Source: the human T2T-CHM13v2.0 reference genome, Homo sapiens
Length of the DNA stretch: 64,000 bases
NCBI RefSeq assembly: GCF_009914755.1
Contig: NC_060927.1
Direction: 5' to 3' (one strand)
Shown in pieces: positions 54,298-64,000 of the stretch; the first letter of the stretch is position 1, and each line of letters opens with the position of its first letter. The position numbers and the translations under genes were made by a program. The notes beneath the pieces are model-generated. The model had not been told where the DNA came from, searched no databases, and saw nothing but the letters and a program-made list of their open reading frames with translations.

Positions 54298-54712
54298 TGT
54301 CTTTGTCCATTTTCTGTTGCTTGTAACAGAATATCTGAAACTGGTCAATTTATAAAGAAAAGGAATTTATTTCCTACAGTTCTTGAGGCTGAGAAGTCCG
54401 AGGTCAAGGGGCTGCATCTGGCAAGGGCCTTCTTGCTGCTGGGGGCTCTCTGCAGAGTCCCAGAGTGGTGCAAGGCATCATATGGTGAGGGGGCTGAGTG
54501 TGCCAGCTCAGGTCTCTCTTTCTCTTCTTAGAAAGCCACTTGTCCCACCCCCATGATAACCCATTAAGCCATTAACTCATTAATCCATGAGTAGATTCAT
54601 CTACTCATGAGGACAGAGCTCTCAAGGCCCAATCACCTCTTAAAGGCCCCATCTCTCAGTACTGCCATATTGGGGATTAATTTCAACATGATTTTTGGCG
54701 GGGCCAATATTT
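54298..54712 (-). mobile_element. MSTB-like LTR
   Basis: aatttataaagaaaaggaatttattt..gaggctgagaagtccgaggtcaagggg..cccaatcacctcttaaaggcccc. Confidence 0.85.
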
Positions 54713-55160
54713 CTGTTTTTCATCCTCAAACATATACAGAGCCCCTACAATGTGTCAGGCCCAGGGCCGTGTGTTGGAGACACAGCACTGAGCCAAATCG
54801 ACCATGATTCTGCCCTCCTGGAGCAGTCTTGGGAGGAGACCAGATGTCACACACACACATGCATGCACACACACAGGCGCACACACACGCATGCACACGC
54901 AGGTACACACACACACACAAGAAGTTACAACCTCTGGAGGTGTGGGGAGGGCTATGAAGATAGTGAAATGGTGCAGAGAGAGACAGTAACCGGAGACTTG
55001 CTGTAGGTTGGGGAGAGAGGTGCAGAGCAGGGCCAGGCAGTCTTCTGGTGCAGGCGACACTAGCTCAAGCAGGGAGGTTGGGGAGTGTGAAGCAGGGTCA
55101 CTGTGCACCATGTCAATCCCAGGGGAGGACTCTAAACACCTCGCCCACTGCACTTTGAGT

Positions 55161-55607
55161 TGTGTTAATTTATCACTTGCATGAGTCCAGTGAGACAACA
55201 CTCACCTACGGCAAGTTACACAAACCAGACTTGTTAATTAGAGATAGGTAGCAAGGGACAGCAGAGCCTAGGATTCAGGGTGAGCTGGTCCCCCAGGCTC
55301 GGGAAAGCTGCCCTGGGTGGATGGAGTCTTGTCTGCATGTGCCCCATTTGCACTGCAGCTGAAGGGCTCTGGAAAGCAGTTGGCTCTGGGTTTCATATCC
55401 CCGGGACAATGCAACTTGCTGAGCTAAATCTCTGTAGGACATCCTGCTCTAGGAGGGACAGGAACAGAGCCCAGGGTGTTCTGGCCAGGTCCTTCTTATC
55501 CCCGGATGTTGCATCCCCAGCACATTCTACAGCGATTCTTAAAACTTCAAGTAAGAATGGCATGAGAGAGTTGGGTGGGTCCAAGCCACCCTTAGTGCCA
55601 TCCTGCA
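55161..55607 (-). mobile_element. Solo ERVL LTR (LTR47-like)
   Basis: Minus strand TGCAGGA..ctgtagaatgtgctggggatgcaacatcc..ggctctgttcctgtccctcctag; TG..CA ends. Confidence 0.65.
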
Positions 55608-55609
55608 GG

Positions 55610-56240
55610 GAGAGGTCAGATGAACAGAGTGGAGACGAGAGTGGTCCTGGGGGAAGGCCTGGCTGGGCTAAGGCTGCAACCCTGAGGGAGCGCACTGCCT
55701 GTGTTTGAGGACCAAGTGCAGGCCCGGTGGAAGAAGCACATCCAGTGAGGGAGATGCATGGTCAAGGATAACACAGCCAGACCAGGCAGAGTTCCCTCTG
55801 AGTGAATTGGGAGCCACGGGAGGTTGAGGGCAGGGAGGGACATTCTCTGATGATGTTTTAAAAAGGTCACTCTTGCTGCTGAGTGCATGAGAGACTGTAG
55901 CGGGTGAAGGTGAAGGCAGGGAGACCAATGGTGGCTGAGGCTGGGACACACGGTGGTGAAACTAGTGGGAAGCCATGGGTTGGAAGAAATTTAAGAAGTA
56001 AAATCAAGACTTGGTGATAACTTGAGGAGGGTGGAGGGGATGAGAGAGACAAAGGTGACCCCCTAGGATTCTGGCCTGGACCCCTAAGTGGCGAGGGGTG
56101 CCATTTACTGTGATAGGGAAGACCAAAGCATGAACAAACTTGCAGTTCAGTCCGGAACACACAAGATTCGCCTTGCTTCAAGGGGAGAGGGAGACAGGCA
56201 TTTGGATATGCTGGTCTGGGGCCCAGGAGAGATCTGCTTT
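55610..56240 (-). mobile_element. L2 fragment
   Basis: gttttaaaaaggtcactcttgctgctg..ggtgccatttactg. Confidence 0.75.
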
Positions 56241-56389
56241 CTTGTTCTTCCTACTCCTTCCACCACTGTCTCTAGACCCCTTCTCCGTGCCTGTTCCTGA
56301 GCTGGGGATGGAAACAGAGGCTCAACCTTTCCTGGATTTCTAAAGCTTATGTCCACTGGCGCCCCTGTGCATCCTTCTTGGTATCACAT

Positions 56390-56855
56390 AGGGTATAGTC
56401 TTAGCTGCTGTGATTAGGAGACTCCCAAACACAGCGGCTTAACCAAAAGGGTCAAGATAGGAGACACGGCAAGGTTGAGAACAGGTTATTTCTTTCACTT
56501 TATGGTCTAGTAAGGTGTTTCAGGGCTAGGAGGGGACTCTGGTATCAAGACCTCTGTCTCTGAGTTCAAGGTGGCTGCTCCTGTGCTCGCCTCCCCTCAG
56601 ACAGCTGGGAAAGGAGGGGACATGGGGAAGGCACAGTTTTTTTTACAGGTGCACCTGGAAGTGGCGTGCGCCTCTTTGGCTCACCTCCCATTGGCCAGGA
56701 CTTCCTCCAATGCCCGTGTCTAGCCCCAAGGGAGGCTGGGAGATGCAATCTCCTGGGGGATGGTGGGGCATCATGATCCCAGAAAACTGGTAGAGGGTTC
56801 CTTATTGTTCAGAAGAAGGAGAATGTGGAGATTTATGGACAACCATGGTCTCTGC
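56390..56855 (-). mobile_element. MLT1K-like LTR
   Basis: ttcaaggtggctgc..cccattggccaggact..caagggaggctgggagatgca. Confidence 0.7.
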
Positions 56856-57894
56856 CTTCTTCTCTGGGAATTGGAAGCCGCGCAGTACAGCCCAGGGGAA
56901 TCTCCCTCACGACGTCCCAAGACAAGTAGCCTAGCATGTTTAGGTATGGAAGGTCTTCTGGGAACCACAAATGAGTGGTTAATTTTAGCAAGCAGGTTGG
57001 CTTCTTACTCAGTCTGGGAAGCCTGATTATGGGACCTTGTGGGAGATTCTCCTGAATGTTTTTACCAGGCAGAGTCCCTGGATCCCCTCTGCAGCCCCAC
57101 CAGCTGCTCCTCCAACCTGGCTTGCATACTTCCCCTGATGGGAAGCTCACTCCCTCCTGGATACCTGTCCCTTTCTTTGGCCTCCTGACTGGGAGGAGGT
57201 GCTCCTCATAGGGAGCTCTGATTTTCCTCCTGTGATCAGTCCCCTCCTCCCATTAGTCCTGGCTCTGCCCTCCATTCTCCCCCTACCCCAGAACAATCCT
57301 ACAGAAATTTGGAGTGAACAACAGAGGCTTCTAAAGCACCTTTTCTATCAGTAAAAGAGAAACATATGACTGAATGAGACTCCTGGGACATTTGAGTTCT
57401 CATGGCCAGGGTCAACCCCCAGATACCTATGTGCTATGACGCTGGTGGTCCAGTGTCCCAGCTCTGGACTGGGCTCCAGGCCAGGCTCAGCCAAAGCCTG
57501 GCTGTGTGGCCCTGGGCAAGTGGCTTCAGGGCTGAGTCTAACTCCCAACTCTGACCCTGGTCCTGGGGTCAGGTGTGCCACCCATCTGGGCCTCATCTCC
57601 AAAGCAGAGGTAGTGATGGACAGTACTGACCCCATGAATTTTCTAGGAGGCTTAAAGAAGCTGCTTACAGAGAACTTAGCGTGCTGTTGGCTACAGTAGA
57701 AGAGTTGGAGGGCTTCTATTTTGAAATATTAATGAATAGTTCTTTTTCCCCAAATAGCTTGTGCTACCCCTTGGTCCCTTTTTGCCTTTTCCTTTTTTCC
57801 ATCAATTCAGTGAACCAGCTTCTTCTTAGCTTTTGGTTTCGAAAACCTAGACCCAATGGGAACGGAAAATCCCAGAGGAGGTCTTTAAAAAGGT

Positions 57895-58110
57895 AATGAG
57901 AGTTCACCAGGTGCTGAGCACTGTTCCCACTGCTGTGCACACGTGGTCTCCTGGAATCTTAAGGCCAGTCCGTGAGGCAGGTGCTCTCATTATTTCCATT
58001 TCACAGATGAGAGAACTGAGGCCCAGAGAGGTTATGTGTGTTGCCCAGGGGCACACAGCTAGCGATGTCACAGGGTGGTGACTTTCGGGGGCCTGGATTC
58101 TTCACCACCG
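57895..58110 (-). mobile_element. MIR
   Basis: ccatttcacagatgagagaactgaggcccagagaggtta. Confidence 0.8.
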
Positions 58111-58526
58111 TGCCCTTCTGCCGTAGACTGTGGTGAGCCTGGAGTCCGAGTCTCCCCAGTCTCCTCCCTGCCTGCTCCAGCTCACAGGGAGGTTTCCCAG
58201 ACTTGGGGGTGGTGGAGACGAGGAAGGAGGCTCAGGGGGAAGCTGGCTGGGCTCTGGGTGCTCAGGCGGGCTGTGGGCTCTGATAGCAGGCAGGTCTTGC
58301 TCTGCCACTCCATGGGAGTGGTGGCTGGTGGAGATCTTCCCTGGGTGGGGCACCGGAGGATCAGAGGGACCTGGAGGGGCACACAGGGGCTGTAGGCACA
58401 TGCAGGAGAGTTGCAGGGCTGACGGCCTGGTGGCCTGTGGGGTACTCAGCAGACCAGGCCAGACTGAATGGCTCCCACCTCAGGTGCTCTGGGGGAAAGG
58501 TGGGCATACCAGCCTGGCCAAGATTA

Positions 58527-58949
<423 letters not shown>

Positions 58950-59019
58950 TCAATGCATGTCCATTACTCTGGTCTTACTGCTGTTTCTGTGCAGCTGCGA
59001 GGGCGAAAGGGAGTTGTAT

Positions 59020-59185
59020 TTGTGTGTGTGCCTGTCGCATGCATGTATGCCTTTGTGTGTGTATGTGTGTGTTTGTGTGTGCCTGTGAGTTTGTATTTGC
59101 CTTTGCATGTATTTGCATGACTGTGTGTATGTGTCTTTGCGTGCATGTGTGTGTTTTTATGTGTCTGTGTGCAAGGCATGCATGC
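59020..59185. repeat. Degenerate (TG)n tract
   Basis: Seen directly. Confidence 0.85.
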
Positions 59186-60439
59186 TGTGTTGCCTGCACC
59201 CAGGCTGGCTGTGCACAGCCACACTCCCTCCCCGCCCCCAGACCCCAGAATGCTGCTCGGTTTCTCACCCTTTCATATTCAAATACTGGCCTAGCCCCAG
59301 CATCCCCTGGGCATTTATGGGCTGATCATGTATTGTTGGTGCAGGCTGAGTGGGTGAGCTCATCGCCAGGCTTGGGATGGGAATTCCTGCCGCATCCAGG
59401 GGACCTGGGGCTCCCCGATGTGCTCCAGAGGGGCTTGCCTAGGTCCTGCCCTATCCCACCCCATGCCAGCCGCTGCCTGGGTGCACCATTCATTCAATCC
59501 AGAAATATGGGACAATGCAAACAACAACTCACATTTGTATATTGGACACTCACTCTGTGACAGACACAGAAGCCCTTTCCATGTTGGCTCCATTTTGGCT
59601 CCATTTTATGGATGAGGAAACTGAGGTAGAGGACGATGCCCCAGGGCAGCAGTTACTAGCTGGAATAATTTGAACACAGGCATTTGGTCCCTGAAGGCCA
59701 CGCCCCAACAATTGCACTGCCTGCCAGCCGCCCCTCATCCCCCGCCCTCCCGTGGCTCAGCTGTTGGGGGCAGGCGCAGAGCTCCTCGGGAGGCTGGGTG
59801 CCCTCCTCGCCCCTCCCCGTCAGCCCCATTGTCTGCCCAGGCTTCCTGTCCCCCAGTCTCTGCAGGGCTCTCCTGGGGTGCGTGGGGGAGGCAGAGGGCA
59901 GAGCTGGGACCAGTACTGACCTGCCCAGCAGGGGAGGTATGTAAGTGAGGCTGCTGGGTGCTTCTGCTGGACTTGTACCTGACCCTGGTATCTAGAGTTG
60001 GGAAGAGCTGCTATTGCCCTTAGCTGCAGACATGGCCCAGTTGGAGACTGGCTCGGGTTCTGAACCCACACCCCATCACCTCAGATGCCTCTGTTCCACC
60101 CCTGGCTGCAGGGGAAGAGAAGCAAGGGGTCTCTCCCTAGGTCCAGGCAGAAATTCATGAATGCAAGGAGCTGGTTAGCACAGTTAGCATCTTGTCTGTA
60201 GTTGCCACGGGATGGCTGGAAAGATGGGGTGGGGCAGAGCTTTGGAGTCAGATCCTTCTGGCTTTCTCTCCCTCCTCTGCCCACTGCCAAGTCAGCAAAC
60301 ATCTCGGAGACTCAGTTTCCTCATCTAAGAAATGGAACAACATTGCATCCCCAAGTTGTTGCAAACACCAAGAGTTTCCCTCTGGGAAGGGCCTGCATAT
60401 GAAGGTGAGGGCTGTGAGGATGATAGTGGCGATGATAAT

Positions 60440-60660
60440 AGTTATTAGAGTATCCTAATAGAAGCAAGTTATGTGTTCATCATCCCTCGGGCACACTTCT
60501 AGGTGCTTTACACCTACTATCTTATGTGATTCTCTCAGCAGCCCTAGGAAGGTCTTATTTTTATTCCCATTTTATAGATGAGGAAACTGAGGCCCAGAGA
60601 GGTTAGGAGACTTCCTGTGTTAGGCAGCTGGTAAGTGGTGGATCTCAGAGCTGAGATCCT
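60440..60660 (-). mobile_element. MIR
   Basis: attcccattttatagatgaggaaactgaggcccagagaggtta. Confidence 0.85.
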
Positions 60661-61859
60661 GGGAGCCAAGAGACAGGAGTGGTTATCCCTGCCAGGAGGG
60701 TGGGAAGGCTGTCTGGGGAGGCATCATTTTACCTGGCTCATCTGAGAAGGGCCTGCATATGAGAAGGGGAAACATTAAAAAAAAACCAAAAAGGCATTTC
60801 TACAAAAGGCAATTTGGTCCCCTGTGCATTTGAGATTCTGTTTTCCTTGGAGTCCTGGGATGCCTTCTCCTCTTGCCTCTGTGATTTCCCTGAGCCTCAG
60901 TTTCCTCATCCATGAAAAGGGGATAATTATGGTTTCTGCTTTATTTTGCAGCTCTGAGGATTAAGTGAGATAAAGGTCTTAGCACATAGCAGGTGCTTGT
61001 CCTCCTTGAGTTTGCATCTCCCCACCAGCAAGCCTGCCTATGTCCCCTTGCCTGGATCCTGAGGCTCGGGTGTCAGAGAGGCTGCCCTGCAGGCGGGAAG
61101 AGGGGTCAAGGATCCTGTTACTGTCGGGCGGGCCCAGCTCTCAGACAATGGGAATCCCATTAACCTCCGCTAGGGAGATCACCATCTGTCCAAACAGTGG
61201 GGACTAGGTGTCCCACAGCCTGAGAGTCTGAAGCATCACGCAACATTGCATGCTCCCTCCCCATATATTATCAACAGATTCACCTCAGCCAACCGCACCC
61301 TCCCTGCCCTTAGTCTCCCTATCTGTACAAAGGCATCAGCTTCTCTGCTCCAGGTTATAAGCACACAGCTGTTGCTCCCAAAGCTCTGTGATGTGAGCTG
61401 AGGTTCAGGTATGACTGGAAGGACCGCCAACAGTCCCTGACCCTACTCACTTTAGATGTGGGGAAACTGAGGCGCAGCAAAGGAAAATTAGTCATTTGCA
61501 GTCACTGAGTAGGCCAGCAGTGGGGCTGAGAGTCAGAGCCAGGCCTTTGAGATTGGCGAGGCGTCTGGGTACTGTGAGTGCCATCAGGGTAGGATACAGC
61601 CAGGGCTTCAGTGACAGGGGCTTGCCAGCAGGGGTGACGCCCAGGTGAGGAGGAGCTCAGGGTTTACAGGGAGGGCAGCCCAACTCAAGGCGGGCTTTGG
61701 CCTGCCATTGCTCAGGCACCGTCCTGGGTGCTCCTGCCTACAGGGCCAGAGAGACTTCCCAAGGCCAGTGTACCAGGCTGTTAACCCCAACGTTCCTGAA
61801 GCCCCAGTCCCACTGAGCCAGGCTCCCTGCTGGAGCACGTCCTACATTCCCCATCTCCA

Positions 61860-62500
61860 GGCCTTGGCTTATGCTGCGCCCAGCCCAGAAGGCCCCTTCC
61901 CTCTGTCAACCTAATGGAGCTTTTCCAGTCTAATTTCCTACTGCGCTTCCCCTCCTTCCCTCCACTCTGCCCTTCTCGCTGTTCCTTGAGAGCATCCAAC
62001 ACATCTGCCACAGGGCCTTTGCACTTGCAGTTCTCTCCCCTGGGAGCATTCTTCCACACAGACCTTCACTCCAAGGTCCCTGCTCCAGGGGAGACCAGGA
62101 ACCTTTGAGCCTTAGTTTCCCCATCCATGAAAAGGGGCTAATGATGGTCCCTGCTTCAAGTTGCAGCTCTGGGAATTAAGCAAGATAAAGGTCTTAGCAC
62201 ACAGCAGGTGCTCCTCCTTGAGTTCAGGTTCTTGAGTTCAGATAGCCTCTCTGACCATCGTATCTAAAATAGACCCCATGGTCACTCTCTGTCCTCTTAC
62301 CCTGTTTTATTTTTCCCTATGTATATTGGTTTCTTGATGTGTATTTACTGCCTGTCTCCCTTGCTGGAGCAGGAGCTTGGGAGGGCAGGGGCCATGTCTG
62401 TCTTGTCCACTGGGGGATGCTAGTACCCCCAGTGTCCAGTGCATGGGAGCCCCACTCAAGAAACAGCCGTTGGATGACTGAGTGAATAGATGTATGAAGA
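61860..62500 (+). mobile_element. L2 interrupted by a duplicated MIR segment
   Basis: cacagggcctttgcacttgcagttc..tttactgcctgtctccc..gagggcaggggccatgtctg. Confidence 0.75.
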
Positions 62501-62680
62501 ACCTTCTAATGTGGCCCTCATTAAAATGCCTCATCACCATCATTTTATACCTTTCTTGCACCAAACAAATTGGGAACTCCTTTAGGGCAGGGGCATGTGT
62601 TGTCCTGCTACGTGCCCCCAGCACCTATCATCAGGTCTATGTCAGATGATGTGCTCGATAATCCACAATAAATAAGCCAA

Positions 62681-62925
62681 TGTGGTACTGTGTTTGCAAA
62701 GACAGCTCCCACAAATTCCTCCCTTCCTGGCCACCATGCCTCTCCAAGGTGGGACGTGTCCCTTCCTCCCACCCATAGCCTGGGCTACTTCCCCTCCCCT
62801 TGGACACATGACTTTATTTGGCCAATAGAAGGTGGGGGAAGTGATGGCTGTGCCTCAAGACACCTTGGGGCTTCTGCTTCACTCTTGAAGCACAGCCTCA
62901 GATGCCATGCACAGAAGCTGTGATT
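62681..62925 (+). mobile_element. 5' part of an MLT1F/G/H-like LTR
   Basis: tgtggtactgtgtttgcaaaga..cacaaattcctccc..catgactttatttggccaatagaa..gaagtga. Confidence 0.7.
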
Positions 62926-64000
62926 GGGGCACATGGAGGAGACAAAGGGGACCTTGGTGTGAGAGGCTGGTCTACCACTGGGGTGGGCGCACGACAGGGA
63001 ACTGAGAGGACCACTGAGTGAGGAGGCTGGCCTACCATTGGGGTGGGGGCACATGGAGGAAACTGAGGAGACACCCAAGTTATGGGGCTGGTCTACCATG
63101 AAAGTGGGAGAAGGTGGAGGAAACCGAGAGAACCCCCATATGGGGAGGCTGCTCTACCTTTAGGGGGACACGTGGAGGAAACAGAACCCGCATGTAAGGA
63201 GGCTGGTCTACCATAGGGGCGGGGGCAGGTGGAAGGGACTGAGGGGACTCTCGTATTAGAGGGCTGGTCTACTGTGGGGGTTATGTGGAGGGAACTGAGG
63301 GGACCCCCATGTGAGGAGACTGGTCTACCATTAAGGTGGGGTCACATAGAGGGAACCGAGGGAATGTCCATGAAAACAGGCTGGTCTACCACTGGGGTGG
63401 GGGCACTTGGAGAGAACTGAGGAAACCCCTGTGTGAGAAGGCTAGTCTACCATTGGGGTAGGGGGACTTGGAGTTGAACTGAAAGGACCCCTGTATGAGG
63501 AGGCTGGCCTACCATCATAGTGGGAGCACATGGAGAAAACTGAGGAAGCCCCCATGTTAGGAGGTTGGTCTACCATTGGGGCAAAAATCACGTGGCGATG
63601 ATTGAGAAGACCCATGCGTGAGAAGGCTAGTCAACAATTGGGGTAGGGGGACTTAGAGTAGAACTGAAAGAATTCTTGGGTGAGGAGGCTGGTCTACCAT
63701 TGGCATGAAACGTGGGATGAAAAGGGCAATGTGGAGTTAACTGAGGATAACCATGTGAGGAGGCTGGTCTACCACTGACATGGGGGCACGTGGAGAGGGA
63801 CGGAGGGGATTCTTGTGTGAGGAGGCTGGTCTACCATTGGGGAGGTCACATGGAGGGAGCTGAGGGGACCTCTGGATGAGGCAAGTAGTCTACCATTGTA
63901 GTGGGGCCACGTGGAGGAAACTGAGGGTATACCCATGTGAGAAGGCTGGTCTACCATTAGGGTGGGGGGCCATGTGGAAATAATTGAGAAGGCCCGAATG
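62925..64000. repeat. ~60-bp diverged minisatellite, at least 17 units, runs off the window
   Basis: ggctggtctacca anchor at ~62965, 63025, 63086, 63147, 63201, 63263, 63318, 63379, 63439, 63502, 63562, 63625, 63687, 63762, 63824, 63885, 63945. Confidence 0.95.

Noticed and set aside
62925-64000. CRISPR-like repeat-spacer array
   Set aside because: Whole units are homologous with no unique spacers, the context is eukaryotic, and there are no cas genes
62925-64000. PRDM9 CCNCCNTNNCCNC motif array
   Set aside because: Best match seen (cctccatgtgccc on minus) has a mismatch; not supportable without a PWM scan

Overview
Primate (human-like) genomic DNA: AluY/S/J, young L1PA 3' ends and many eutherian-wide MIR, L2, L3, MaLR, ERV-L and hAT relics on a GC-rich background. 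I find no credible protein-coding exon, RNA gene or CRISPR array. The long ORFs are low-complexity, GC-rich or repeat-derived, and I cannot name the locus. Main structures: a decayed minus-strand ERV-L provirus (231-5835) with a tRNA-Leu primer-binding site and pol motifs; a CpG patch with a 10-bp periodic array (~11.0-11.3 kb); a CpG island with RFX and CTCF-like motifs (15.0-16.1 kb); a two-LTR MLT1J element (50.8-53.4 kb); and a ~60-bp minisatellite growing out of an MLT1 LTR and running off the right edge. The most unusual feature is a gap-free 170-bp inverted repeat (49535-49704 / 50211-50380) enclosing a solo LTR, with transition mismatches skewed 21:6 towards G-U-compatible pairs on the + strand, a candidate structured RNA. 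Several local templated duplications and perfected palindromes also occur. Repeat family names come from recalled consensus sequences, not a RepeatMasker run, and boundaries of old elements are approximate. Nothing here proves a new biological system.
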